Of a stretch of DNA of 64,000 bases, positions 49,353 to 62,283 are shown piece by piece (position 1 is the stretch's first letter; each line of letters begins with the position of its first letter). A model generated the notes under the pieces. That model worked only from the letters and a program-made list of their open reading frames with translations. It ran no database searches and was not told the DNA's origin. This stretch comes from Rhodosorus marinus CCMP1338 (taxonomy: Eukaryota > Plantae > Rhodophyta). The stretch is from the NCBI GenBank assembly GCA_029953675.1, contig JAMWBK010000002.1, positions 1,922,001 through 1,986,000 of the forward strand, read 5' to 3'. The position numbers were made by a program, and so were the translations under genes.

Positions 49353-50403
49353 ATGGATCTTGAATTGTCGTCTTCATCTATAAACGGGGATGAGCAGGCT
49401 AATGTGGAGGTCCTCAAGGCGCAGATCGAGAGCACGATTGAGCTTGACGATGCGTTGCGGGCGTGGTTGACTAATATAACATATGCTAGGTTTCTTCGTA
49501 AGCATTATCTTTTGCCAAGGACATGTTTTCTGACGTCATTTGTACTAGAACGCAGATTTAGCATCGGATTCGAATGTTGAATCGAAGTTACGACTTTTCC
49601 GTCCCGACCTGACCACGATCACTCGGTTTTTGCTAACTTGACTATAGGAGCACGAGATCAAAGTATTTCGAAGTCATACAAAATGCTGAGCAACACCATC
49701 GAGTGGCGAAAAAAGAAATCTCCTGAGAAAGTTGTATGCGTAGCGTGCCAGAAGAATCCGCGCTCCCACTCCCTCCGTGCGATTGGGGTATGCAAGATTG
49801 GGAGACCTGTTTTCTATTCATGCTTTCAAGTAGATAATCGGAACGTCGAAGACAACATTACCCACTGCATTCATCTTCTTGAGAAGGTGTTCGAGCTCGA
49901 GTGTACGACGGAGCAAAACTACATATGGGTGATGGACTTTTCCGGTTTTTCCGCAGCAGATTTGAATCCAAAGTTCTCAGTGAAGGCCCTGAAAATGTTC
50001 CAAAGTCATTACCCGGAGAGGTGAGAGAAAAGCGTTGCTTCTGCCCTCAAGTCAATTGTCAGAGATTTGAGTTCGGCTTGCGGTCCGATTGTTGACAGGT
50101 GTATTCGCTTGTGAATCGAATAGGATGGGGATTGCAGTTCTTTTCGATGCTCCGAGATCGTTCCAGGCTTTGTGGCGCGTTTTGAAGCTGGTAGTTGACA
50201 CGAACACGAAGAAGAAGATGCTGTTCCAAAATCCGGCCCCTGAATATCCAGAATTCGACAAACTCTTCAACCGGGACCTCACCGATCGGCTGGTGCTAGA
50301 AATCAAATCTGCGCGTGAAACGCCTCAACGTGAGTTTTGGTTGGAAGGACCTGTACCACCTATGGAGGACATGAAGATGCACGGTTCCCATTCTGAGGGT
50401 TGA
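49353..50403 (+). CDS. CRAL-TRIO/SEC14-like lipid-binding protein
   Basis: TYARFLR|ARD..ISKSYKML..TIEWRK, GRPVFY, WVMDFSGFS, FQSHYPER|MG..VLFDAPRSFQALWRVLK.VVD.NTKKK. Confidence 0.9.
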
Positions 50404-50720
50404 GACCGAACTTACACCACAACTTTGAGTTTTGCTCATTTGGAAGAGACCAGCGAAGGGAAACGCGAGGTCAGCAAAGGTTGATATTCTTTGGCTATGT
50501 CTGCCCCAGAGAGTGATGACAAAGACAAGCCCATCAGCCAGGTCCAAACTCGTGTTGATATACTTTGCACGAACTTATTCGTTTAATATTGTACATGTAC
50601 AAAAAAGGAAATGCCATGATTGATTTGTTCCAAGTTCTCAGCGCTAGCAGCGGGGGTGTAAATATTTCCCATTATTCGCTTGAAAACCGAAGAACGCGAA
50701 ACTCGGTAACCGCGACCGAG

Positions 50721-51742
50721 TCAAGCGCCTAGGACTCCGCGGGAACTCGCAAGCCTGATGATCAGGTCATGCGCTTCAGAGCGAACCACGGCATAAATAC
50801 CCTTACAGCCTTCTGTCCCAGCCGAGACCATCTCCTGAAGCTGGGAAGTGGAGCTCAATCGAGTGCTTATGTCCAAAAGACTGATACTTCCAGTTTGCGC
50901 CAAGACACCGATCTGAAAACGTACACGAGCAGGAAAAGATTTGGTTTGGGAGGTTCTCGCGACATTTCCCGTGTGGAAGACCGCTAAGGGACGACTTGGG
51001 TCTCGCGGAGTGCTCGGGCCCAATGACATACCTGAAGTACAGGTCCATCGGCGGAGGACTCGTAACCGTTTAGATCTATCACGCACATTCCATCAATCAT
51101 TCCAACCGTTGCGGCGCAGATCATGTCCTTCATCGGGACTCCGGCGTGCAACTGTCGTCACATGGAAGCAATCATTTTGAATTGTTCAGAAGAGTGACCA
51201 AGTCATTAGACGCGTACTCAGAGACGGAAAGCCTTGTACCTACCAGTGCGAGAGAAATTGCATTGACTGCTGCGCATAGAAGGCTACCGTCAGCTTGAAT
51301 GACTTCTACGCTGATGTCGAGTCTCGATTTTGGATACTGGTCTACGAGGATGACCGACCTGAACATCTGAAATCGCCAGGTGTAACAAGTCAGTCTAAAC
51401 CAAGCTTTCAGGTTTGTCTTTCCACAGGAATCTTACATTTTCCAAGAGTGGTTCAAATTCCCTTGCCGATCGACGGTCTTGTCGATTAGAATAGTTACAC
51501 TTCAAGTCCATGCCCTCCTCATTCCTATGCGTACTGCTCTTACGATCTCGGGGTCCAACGACGGTTGCCAAAACACGTGTGTTTCCCTGCTCAAAGTAGG
51601 CATTCCCATCTACCGAGTTTCCAGGGGTACCGATACGGCATGCAATGTGCCTAACCTCTTCAGGCCGTCGACCATCTACTCTCAAGCCATCCAAAGATAT
51701 GTATTCGTTTCTTCCCCCACGTCCATACCCCTTGCGTTTCAT
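50721..51742 (-). CDS. RRP41: Exosome complex component RRP41 (RNase PH family)
   Basis: DGLRVDGRRPEEVR, DGNAYFEQGNTRVLATVVGP, YPKSRLDISVEVIQADGS and AAVNAISLAL. The last exon ends ...ASSRGVLGA*. Confidence 0.92.
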
Positions 51743-52084
51743 TGTGAAACCAGATGATCCTTCTGCTGGGCCCCAAGACCTGCGTTCATTGATTTCCGGG
51801 TTGCAGCGATTTCTTGCTCGAAATGCCGAAACGACAACTCCCGTGAGTGACGAATCTGCAAGTCCTAAACATGAATTCCTCCGTTATCACTCCGACTGAG
51901 CTTGTCTTTGCGGCCCTTGATCTCCAACTGTTCATTCCACTTCGGACTGAGGTTTGCAGGTCATGCACACGCCAGGATCTTTTTAGTAGATCAGGGTGTA
52001 TTCCAATCTTCGTTGGACTCGTTTTCTTCCACATGCACAGCGTCAAGTAACGCAAATCAAATTCATGTTTGCTTCATATCAGGA

Positions 52085-52397
52085 CTGATGTTTGTACCTC
52101 CGTCGAGACTCAAGCTGGGCTCAGATTTGACATGGGATGTCGACTCTCGCCTGTTCTCCCGCTATCTTCGAATGTATCACCGGCCACGCAAACTGGGCGG
52201 GTGACCTGCAACGACTTCTTTTCTTACTGGATTTCCCGCACAATACGGTCCGTATTGTCTTGGAAGATGGCTATAGTTTCGCAGAACTAAGAGAGCTCTG
52301 TACATTCTTATACTTTAACAGTGTGCAGCCAACGGCTTGCGGTGCCCAAGTTCGCCCCCACTCAATGTCCTGGGTAGCAACATCAGACCTAATCTAG
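52085..52397 (+). pseudogene. Possible frameshifted BTB/POZ-domain fragment
   Basis: TDVCTSVE....RF, then a one-base frame change at ~52128, then HGMSTLACSPAIF...RIVLEDGYSFAELRELCTFLYFNSV. This resembles BTB consensus SDV.....F..H..VLA..S..F...I.L.D.......L..FLY. Confidence 0.35.
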
Positions 52398-53305
52398 GCG
52401 TACTTCCAATTCAAGACCATTTATCTTAAATTAATGAATATCGTAGTATAACTAGACTCGATCATAGAATAAATTTCAACCAACTGAATATCCCATCTAT
52501 CCTCCGAAATTTGGTTACAAGTGTTCATTGTTAATTGGCTATAATCCATGAAGATTTTAAAAGAAAATAAATAGTAATGACAATCATTATGTAACACGTC
52601 CCTTACAGCACCCAATTGTCATCAGTTATTTAAGTAAAACAATCAACCATTGGCCAATCCATTAAACTGTATCAAAGAAAATAAAATGAAAACGTACTCC
52701 CAAAGTACTTCTTATTTGCCTGAATTCACAGTTACTGATTGGATCCAAGCAAAAAAGTCAATGAAAAAATCAATCGCATCTAATTAAACTTCCATAATTC
52801 ATTATAATATACCCAATCAAAGGGCCCTCATCCAATATTCAGTGGATATTTTTCTTATCAATCTTTTGTTTTGAAAACATTTTCCCATCTATGGATAAAT
52901 ACCTCTCCCTATCAAGAAACGTTTTGCCACCGAAAACACTGCTCGGAGCATAAGCGAACCCAAAACAAAAATCAAAAAAACAAAACATCATTCCGCCGGA
53001 GATGATAGCAACTGTTCTTTCCCCTCCCTCCGCCCTCCCGTGAAAAAAGTTCGCGTCAGGTATCCATCGAGCAAGATCAATCTATATCTGGTAAAGTTTT
53101 CAAATAGGTATAAATTAAATCGTCATCAATCTAAAATAAAGTCAATATTGAATTTATTGGGAAAAAGATAGGGCGGGGAAACGGAGGAGAAGTAAATGAG
53201 CATGTTTCTGAAGCGCGAGTGATGGGGACAGTTCGCAAGCTGGGCGCACTGCACCCCTTCAAGATCACACTGAACTAGGTCTCGGTCTGTGCTAACTCTT
53301 CGCCT

Positions 53306-53583
53306 TCTGCTAGTCAAAGGATTTTGTGAAGGAGTTTTTCACCTCGCTCCCCGAAAAGAACCCTTTCATCATCAAGGAGAAACCAGAAGAACAAAAGCAA
53401 TCGAGGGTGGGGAGGAGAGGTGGGACTGTCCCAGACGAGACAATCGCCTCGTCTGGTATTGTACACCGCGACCGCTTATTTCAGGAGATCGGGTTGAAAG
53501 CGAATATTGCTTACCTGTCACTTATATATAGATTGAATATTGGATTGAATAATCTTTATTTCATTAAAAAGCTTAGAAAATGA
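53306..53583 (+). CDS. Possible terminal exon of a small hypothetical gene
   Basis: Branch/acceptor gctaac..ctgctag followed by an open frame SKDFVKEFFTSLPEKNPFIIKEKPEEQKQS... Upstream exons were not resolved. Confidence 0.25.
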
Positions 53584-53797
53584 ATTTAATAGATTGAAAT
53601 TTGGATGACACTTTGGAGAGTATTTTGATATGGTGATTTGCAGTATGGAGTGCTGGGGATGACGAGTTGGAGAAGTTGCGGTGTGGGCGCGCGTAAGGGT
53701 TAGCGGGAGGGGTTGGGTAGAGTTGGGCGGGAGAGTGCGGAAGAGCTGTTGGGAATTTTGGAGATTGAAGGAGGAGAGAGGGAGAAAAAAAAAATAA

Positions 53798-53822
53798 ATA
53801 TATATATATATATATATATATA
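53798..53822. repeat. (AT)n microsatellite just upstream of the IspH start
   Basis: Directly visible. It ends at tacag|aaagATG, a possible 5'-UTR 3' splice site. Confidence 0.9.
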
Positions 53823-53829
53823 CAGAAAG

Positions 53830-55516
53830 ATGGCTTTTATTGGGGGTCTGGGGTTGGGTTTAGGTGTTGGGAGAAAGATTGAGGTTAGCCGTAGAGGGAG
53901 GCTGAGGATGGCAGTTGAGGAGGAGGTGAGCAAGAGAACGAGGAGGAGGGAGATTGTTACTGGAAAGAAATTTAACAGGAAGGGTTTCCGGAATGAGAGC
54001 GAAGAGGTGGGGGAATTGTTGAACTCGGAGTTCACCTCGGATTTGTTGAAGGAAATCAGGGCGTTGGAACATACGTACGAGAGGGATGGGGTGACGATTA
54101 GGCTGGCTAAAGCGTACGGGTTTTGCTGGGGTGTTGAGCGAGCTGTGGCTATCGCTTACGAGACAAGGAGCCATTTCCCCACTGAGAAAATTTGGCTTAC
54201 AAACGAGATTATTCACAATCCGATGGTTAACAACAGGTAGGTTTTGCTTCCAGTTGTGGGATGGATGACCTCGCAGCTCGTCTTTAATTGCTAAGTGGCG
54301 GCTCTGGGATTCATGCTATCAGGCTAGCAGAGATGGGCGTATTTTTCATTCCGCAGGAGAACCTGAAGAAAGACTTTTCTGAGGTGAAGGGAGAAGACGT
54401 GGTCGTGTTGCCTGCTTTTGGAGCCACCCTGGAAGAAATGCAATACCTCAAGGACCTTGGATGCCAAGTCGTTGACACAACCTGCCCGTGGGTATCAAAG
54501 GTAATCTTTAGCGCGTTTGGAGCCGCTCGCATTTAGGCCTGTCGCAATGACCGTTCGGCTCGTTCTGACGCGACGTCCTGTTCGTTTTAGGTCTGGACTG
54601 CGTTGGATAAGCACACACAGAGGGAGTGTACTTCAATAATTCATGGGAAATGGAAGCACGAAGAAACAATCGCGACTTCTTCGTTTGCAGAAAAGTAAGC
54701 TGCTTTTTGCTCGTTCGTTCATCATTTCATGGACGGACTCCCAGCTCATCATTCTTCCAAATCCGCAGGTATCTCATTGTCCTCAATATGAAGGAGGCCG
54801 AGTATGTGTCCAACTACATCCTGAATGGCGGAGATAAGGCAGAATTCCGAGCCAAATTCAAGAATGCGATGAGCAATGGTTTCGACCCCGATGTCGATTT
54901 ACTCTCTGTTGGTGTCGCAAACCAGACTACCATGCTGAAGAGCGAAACCGAGGAAATGGCGAAGTACTTCGAGAAGACGATGATGAAGAAGTACGGGCCG
55001 CAGAACCTCAATGACCATTACGTCGCGTTCAACACGATTTGTGACGCAACGCAAGAACGACAGGACGCGATGATTGAGTTGATGGATGAGGAGCTGGATA
55101 TGGTGCTCGTCGTTGGTGGCTTCAACTCAAGCAATACGAGCCACTTGCAGGAGCTTGCCGAACACGGCGGTTTCACCAGCTACTGGGTCAACGAACCTAC
55201 ATGCATTGGTATCGACCCTGAATAACGCATGTCTCCGGTTTCCGGGGAGAATATCTGATCTTGGTCGAGCTAACACACTTTTCCACTATGAACTTGATTA
55301 GGTCCTGATAATATCATTCGCTACAAAACGAGCAACGGCGAGGACCACGTGCAGGAGAACTTTATTCCCGCCAGGCCGTTCCGTATCGGTGTCACTAGTG
55401 GTGCAAGCACACCGGACAGCGTTGTACAAGATTGCTTGGAGCGGATTTTCATGATCAGAAAGCTTCGAGCCGGAGCGGAGGAGCCCGCGCCAGCAGCTTT
55501 GGATGCAAGGACATGA
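53830..55516 (+). CDS. ispH: Plastid-targeted 4-hydroxy-3-methylbut-2-enyl diphosphate reductase (HDR/LytB)
   Basis: MAFIGG transit-peptide start; [63 protein letters not shown] and [11 protein letters not shown]. Confidence 0.96.
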
Positions 55517-55760
55517 TCTCACTTTGCACAGCTTACCCCGTATGGCAGACTTGCGAGGTCCAAAGTTATATCGAGGTTTATTCCAAGCATCAGATATCCA
55601 CTTTTGTGGATCGCTAGTTTTTTTCTGATACGGATTCAGGTAACCAAAAAAACAGAAGTCTATCGTTTTCCAGCAAAATGAACTGACCCTCGCAGTTGTG
55701 CAAAGCGAGTTGACTTTCACAATCGGAGGGTGCGAACCCAACCCTCCCTGCTGTAGGATC

Positions 55761-58202
55761 CTAATCGATTCGAACTTCAGAGTAAATCTTATGAACAAAG
55801 TAGAAGCTCGACGTGAAGCCCACAACTCCTGTGACAAGGAAGAATGCGATGGATATGATCGTCATGTAACCAAAGTAGAGGATCATACTTATGAAATGCA
55901 TTCCTTGCAGAGCCGGCTGGGAGAAAACGTAGAAGATGCTGAACAGAAAAACGTACAGCCCGGACGAGCTTGGAGCAAGGAAACTTCGCCACCACCATCT
56001 ACAAGCGAAGACAGAGAATCGCGAAGGGCCCATGAGATCAGCGGACGAACTCGATTGTCAAGCCTTCTATGGAAATCGAAAGTTATGTCTTACCTATGCT
56101 CTTCGCCAGACAGAGTCAAATAAGTTATCACTACAGATAGCTCGACGCAGACCACCACAAGAATCAGAAACACCAACGCGAGTACTCCGAACATGACGAA
56201 GACGCTGTCTTGCCATATGCTATTCATTACATAGTATAGTTCTACAAAAATTGTACAAAAGGGAATGACGCCCGCTAAGACGGTGAGGCGCGACTTCCAC
56301 CCCTACATACGAGAACAACATCATCAGCACTTCATGGACATACTGATTGTCCATTCCCTACAGCAAGGCTCAGCCCAGGACACTGTTCTTGCGATAAGCT
56401 TACCGTCGCTGATTCCGGTACTGGCCTGACAACGGCGTTCGTTCTGACCGGCAGAGCGAACGGTATCGTCCGAAGCGCGATATAGCTCCCGAGAATTGTT
56501 AGCGGGAATGACACTCCAAACGCGATTAACATCAGTAGAAGGAGGGTCAAAAAGCTAGCTGCGGCTGACGAACCAGCTAGAGTTAGGAGAAGGTTGAGGG
56601 CAAAAAACGTTCCGACGGTAAGTCCCGGGAAGAAGACGGCAGATCCAACCGTAACGAAGCGCTTTTGGGGACCATCAAAACCTAAAAAAGGAATGCCATA
56701 GCAGAAAATTCAGGTGAGCGAATGAAGAGTTCACTTGTAGCTTGTCAACGACGACTCTGAATCTTTTGCGCTTTAGCGGAGAGGCGCTCACTGTAGTATA
56801 GCCGGGAGGATACATATCCACTGATAATGGAGCTCGCCGCCATGATCAGTATCAGTCCAAGCAAAAGTGAGCCGCGGTGGGCAGGGCTGAAAAAGCCTAG
56901 CAGTGAAAACAGCAGCAGCACCGAGGTTACAACAAAAAGCTGTGCTCCAGTCCCCACGAAGATACACAACACTTGAAATAATTGTGGAGGACGAAACACA
57001 TCGCCATGTAGCTGCCAAGGACCATATTTCTTTCACAGTGAGCGAGAATAGTGGGTTCTGAACCAGGGTCCAGTCGGCGGAGGCAGGCTTACCAGTTTCC
57101 ATCCAGTTTCAAGAACCGCTTCCTCCGCATCATCAATGTTGTTGTATCGTGCAAAGTCCAGGTACACAGTTCTGAGAAGGACTGTGGCGATTATGGAGGC
57201 AAGAGCCAGAGTGATACCGCAAGCGTTGATGATGGAGATCCAAAGGACGCTCCTCACTTGTGTATCCGCATTCAGAAACTGATCAAACCGCGTCGCCCAT
57301 TGAATATCACTTCGCCGAAAATCGACGTCGTAGGAGAATATAATTTTCTGCAGGCATAAAACATTGAAAACCTTGTCAATCGCTTGAAACATGTGGCCGG
57401 CCCTAGTGAGGACTTCCAGGAACTCAAACAAGCAGGAACATACCTGGCCATCAGGGTTGTCAGAAAGATAATACTTGTGCTCGTCTTCTGGGTCTGAGCA
57501 GTCCAGGTCGCGTGCGTTCCTGTGGTTGATGCTCATCGGTGTGCCAAAGAATCCCACAACGCGGAAGAATTTTGGGCTGCCGTTCTTCTGAAAATTTAAG
57601 TCAGTGGCCCCGAACTTGGGGATATGATAGTGCACCTCGAAGCTGATGTGGTTGTACACCACAGTCCTCCCCTTCGACGCATTGGCACCAATCGGTACAC
57701 CGTTGACGTAAACTGTTTTAACGTTATCATGAGTCCTCATGACCAGCGGTAGAGTATCAATATTCATTCGGACATAGTACTCCCTCCTTATCAGCCTCTG
57801 AAATTGTAATACGTCCTTCGCGGTTAACTGTTTAGAACATAGTAACTGACACGCTTTCGGTTTTCCCATGTTAATCTTGTAAGCTGTGAGATCGTCCCTC
57901 TCACCTAGGAGAATCTCCCCTAGGTTGAGGTTGTCACTCTTTCGCCCTTCTTCTGGCTCGCAAAATTTCAGTTTGAAGTAGTCGAATGGCAGCTTCTCTG
58001 TTCTCGAGGACAACCTGTCCGCGAAGACCTCGATTGAATCACCATTCTTGTAGTCGATCGGTGAAAACCCTGGGATGTAGAAACCATACGCAGATTCTGC
58101 CATGAGCAATACTAGCAGCAAAATCGCATGACGCCATCCCTGATACGCTGCAGGGGCGCGGGTATTATATCGACGATATAGATCTACCGCGATCATGGTC
58201 AT
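55761..58202 (-). CDS. TM9SF: Transmembrane 9 superfamily protein (EMP70/TM9SF)
   Basis: Signal peptide then GFYIPGFSPIDY, LPFDYFKLKFCEP, NLGEILLGER, DIQWATRFD, ETGWKLV, VFRPPQ, WWWRSF, YFGYMTIIS and KIYSEVRID*. Confidence 0.95.
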
Positions 58203-59379
58203 CTCTCCAGCCTGAAGCTCCACCCAACAATCATACTAAGTCAAAGAAAACAGGCGCTAAAGTAGGATCAGACAAGGATCCTCCTTGCTCTCGCTGGCGT
58301 TCTTCGCGGCTTATTCGATTCTTCTCAATCACGGAGAAAACGATAGGCAGTCGTGATCAACTGTACGCCCAACCCCCAAACACCACCACCAGCGATCGAA
58401 CACAACAAAAAAAACAAATACCTCCGGAAACCAGTCGTTCCCTTCTTCAGAACCTCCAGTTTCTTCAAGAAATCCCAGAAAGACAGGCCGAAACGCTGAT
58501 CCCAAAATCACCGCCAGGAGCTTTGCCAAACACCTCAGATCACAAACACAAAGCTGACGAGATCTGCTTACAGATACTTCTCCTCTCTTCTCCTCTCCTA
58601 CTTCTACCACTCCCTTGCTCTCCACCCTCCCGACCTCAACAAGCAAACTCAGAACGAGCAAAGTACCTCAAATACTATTTTCCCAAAAGTCCAAAGTTTC
58701 CAGCAGCATTTCACACATCAATAAGCGACACCATCCGCACCATCCTAGCAAGACAAGAACTTTTCACATCCCAAAACTACCAAAATCAACAAAAACTATT
58801 TAATGAAACCATATTCCGAGAACATTTGTCAAAGGTGACAGGATTATTGTGGCAGCGTAAAAGTTTTCCAAATTCAAGGTCGTCGACCTTTGACTCGTGT
58901 CTCGAGAGAAACCGTTGTTTTGACTGAATTGTAATCTTTTTGGTGGTATTTGATTGATGAATCGGAAGATCTTGATTGACTCTTGTTCGTGCTGTTTCGT
59001 GTCGATGTAGAAGGTGAGAGTGTAAAGAGGTGGATTTTGAGAGTATGCTGGAATTTCATAGCTGTTCAAAAGCTTATGATCAAGTTTCTATCTCCCAGCG
59101 ATAAACTTATTTTTCGTGAACTGGGTTAGCCCCCCGGTCGTCTTTCCCCGTGGGCCAAGGGTGGGGTCGATGACACGCGACTCGGCAGTTGTGCTTCACC
59201 GTTTTCCGCCATCCTCATATGCTTAGTTTGTGCTAGGTTGAGATGATTGAGGATAAAGCACGAAAAAGCAGCCTTAATCTTTTCGTATTAAGCTGCAGAT
59301 TGTAATCCTCGGGCTAGGAGCATCTCCCGGCTCTTCCTTTATGTTCACCGTTACCGATCAAGTCTACCTAATGTAGTGT

Positions 59380-60945
59380 ACGAGGAAAACCAATCGCAAA
59401 GGAACCCAGCAGTTCCCGTAAAGTTAGTTGATTGTGTGGGCAGCGTCACCCCGCGAAGATTCAAGTCTTTCCTCGGCCTCTTCTTGATGGTAGACGGCCT
59501 CCTGCATCCTTTCTATTCGCTTTCTCGTGGCCACGTCGTCTACCCAGATCATAAGTGCACAAAGGATTCAAGTTTTCTGTTCAGTCACAACAAGGCAACG
59601 AGATGAACACGTGAATGAATCCACAACGCTTCTACTTACAGAACGTTTCCTGGCCAACGGATACATTGATCATAATCCATTCAACAGCCGCGCCGAACAA
59701 GAACGCCTGTTCACAAAAAAACGACAAGCATCGTATATCAGAATCCAGCTTCGGGTGACAAGAATGGATAGAAACGTCCGTTAAGGTGCTCGCCAAAGCT
59801 CACTTACCCCCGGTATGACTCTAATCAACGACTTCCTAACATGCTCACTTAAAATCGCCATGGAGACCGTTGTGATCGCAAGTCGCGACTTTTAGCGTTC
59901 CAGCAGCCCCACTCCGAAGCCGCACGGCTGAACAAACCGTGTCGCCGTCAGTAACAAGGAGTTTCTCTACATTATTCAACCACCCTTGGACTCAGAAAAA
60001 CCCTCTTCAAAGGACGGGATTACTTGCCAGAGTCAACTAGGAAGGACCTCGTCCTAGTTTTGATGCCTCAGTGTCTTCACGTTAAGGATGGCGGTTCAGG
60101 TATCAAACCTCAACTTTACTCTTTTACGTGCAAGCAATCTTCTGTTCAGAGACGTCGCCGGAAAAGCGAGGAAGAAGAGTGCGTTATTGGCGTCCACCAC
60201 GTTCGAATGTAAAATCTAAAGCCCGGGAGTGCTCCAGACGGTGACTACTACGTTGGTGAAGGGAAGCCAAAAAATTCTGAATGACCTCACAGCCCCCTTG
60301 TATACTAGGCAGTGAGTTGTGTACAAACGCTTCGGCGCCTTTCCACCAGACGATTTGAAGGATGTGGTGGAAACCTTCTCCAACGTTAGACTTTGCGTGA
60401 GAACGATTGAACTTGGGAAAACTTCGACGTTCACGTGGAGTTGACAACAGCAGATGTCGGAGTGGCAGCGCTACTGGCATCCTGGACCATGGACAACTGC
60501 TATCCGACGAATGGATGGCGGTGTTGTGGTCTGGGGGGGTGGGTAGACATCTGTCTTTTGCGACTGTTGTCACTGGTATCCCAGGAGTAGGGCCGCATAT
60601 GGGATCCGTCCGACAACCCGCAAATGACTCGTTCGAGGCAATTGGTCAATGATCAAACAGGCGGCAACAAAATGAGTCGATTAGGCCACAACCATGTGCT
60701 CAAATCAACAACCGACGCTTTTCAAGGATTGTACGGAGTAAAGCAGTCAGCTAAGACCTGGTACGACCATTTTACAAAAGACCTTGCAGAAACCCTTATT
60801 CTACACAGCGGAAGGACCCTTGTGTGTACATGAGAACGGGGGTTGTGTTGTTGGTTTATGTTGACGATATCCTCATCATGGGAATGGAAAAGCCCACCCG
60901 AGCGGCTAAGATGGATTTGGCGGAGCTGTATGAGATCAAAGAAAT
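59380..60945 (+). mobile_element. Decayed Ty1/Copia pol remnant (integrase/SH3-like and RVT_2 reverse transcriptase)
   Basis: LYGVKQSAKTWYDHF (from 60729), then a frameshift, then DPCVYMRTGVVLLVYVDDILIMG (YVDD 60857-60868). Weaker upstream traces: KSEEEECVIG and FATVV. Many stops and frameshifts. Confidence 0.85.
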
Positions 60946-61295
60946 CACGGTTCCCGAATACCCGTGCTGACGCCCCACTGTCGACCACTAGATCATGCTT
61001 GTCACTGGCCCCTCCAATGGCTAGGAGTGTATATTTCTCACTACTACCATTTGCATTAGACTTTTTCGACCGCGGGTCGAGCGTACTTTTAACGATTTTG
61101 TGGTGAATGCCCTCCACATTCATGAGCAGACCCTGAGACCGAGCTTAAGCTTGCTAGGTTCAGGTATTCGGTTACGACAGGGTCGGAGATTTATCGAGTG
61201 GATTTATCATCAAAATTACAAAGTGAACGTTCTGTCTATGAAATATACGCGACGCGACAAGACGAGCACTAGCTATGTCTATACACTAATTGGGA
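60938..61295 (-). mobile_element. Ty1/Copia gag-protease remnant in opposite orientation
   Basis: HDLVVDSGASARVFGNRDFF (DSGAS 60968-60982) matches the Copia aspartic protease motif W/LxxDSGASxH(M)xG.R..F. A degenerate zinc-knuckle trace (HECGGH) lies upstream. Confidence 0.7.
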
Positions 61296-61297
61296 AA

Positions 61298-62283
61298 CTA
61301 TGAGCTCCTCGAGGGGCCCTTTGGCATGCCAGGGATTTCCACGCTGGTCATTCTGTCTCTTTGGAAGAGAACGATAACAGCGAGCTCGCTGAAGACAAAT
61401 GCACAGACACTATCCTCAAAGGTTCGGCCCTCAAACATAACAAAGTAACCCGCCATGTTTCTCCTATCTCCATTTGCGATTACAGTTCCCTTGCCGTGAA
61501 AGAAATGCTTTGGCTTAAGACCAGGAATCACCTTGAACATAAGGTCAAGTCGCTCATCCTTGTTCGGTGCCATCAGGCTTCGGAAGGATAAATCGGACTC
61601 AAACAAGAGGTCACCCTTCTTTCCAAGCTTGTCATCTTCTGTTCTCCTGGCCATCAGCTTCAGCCCGTCCATGTAAAACTGCGCTTTGCCTTGGTTTCCT
61701 GCTCACACGAGATAACATTGCTCATCCTGAGACATTAGGTCTGATGCTCAACGAATCAAGGCTAGAGGTGCTCACCTTTCCATGCTCCGGTTAAATTGAA
61801 ATGAGGAATGTGCTTCCTTAATTCATTCATTTCATTCCGCAGCAGAATGCACTGTTTGTAGTCTTCTTCCTTCTCGCACTCCTTGAGCCGCCTCAATCTA
61901 TCCTCGTACTTCAACAGAGGGTCCATTTCCTGGACTGTCTTCATATCATCCCTCACTTTCGCAGCATCAAGATACTTCTCCTCCTTAACTAGTCTGTTCA
62001 GCCGAGCCTGCATGCGCATATACTTCACCCTCATGTCCTTCAACATATCCAGTCTCAACAGTCCCATAGGCGATACCTCACCGGTTGGCGATCCAACCCC
62101 CGTATCTACCCCCACATTCTTCAAAGGAAGTTCTCCAGACGGACCTTCACCATCGCTCTGATTCATATTCATCCTCACACCACCAACGGCCCTCCTCGCC
62201 AAACTCCGTCGGCTACAATACGACCTCCCCGAGGCAACCTCCCCGATTCCATGTCCACTCAACCCAACACCTACAAAAGCCAT
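61298..62283 (-). CDS. Plastid-targeted UVR (UvrB/C) repeat + DUF3506-like protein (EXECUTER-like architecture)
   Basis: MAFVGVG transit peptide; two UVR-like motifs (LNRLVKEEKYLDAAKVRDDM; LKECEKEEDYKQCILLRNEM); NLTGAWKG|...LKLMARRTEDD...GDLLFESDL...HGKGTVI...MAGYFVMF, ending at stop 61298. Confidence 0.7.

Noticed and set aside
59090-59380. Possible LTR/PBS upstream of the Copia remnant
   Set aside because: No TG...CA-bounded direct repeat pair, tRNA-Met primer site (TGGTATCA) or polypurine tract could be identified.
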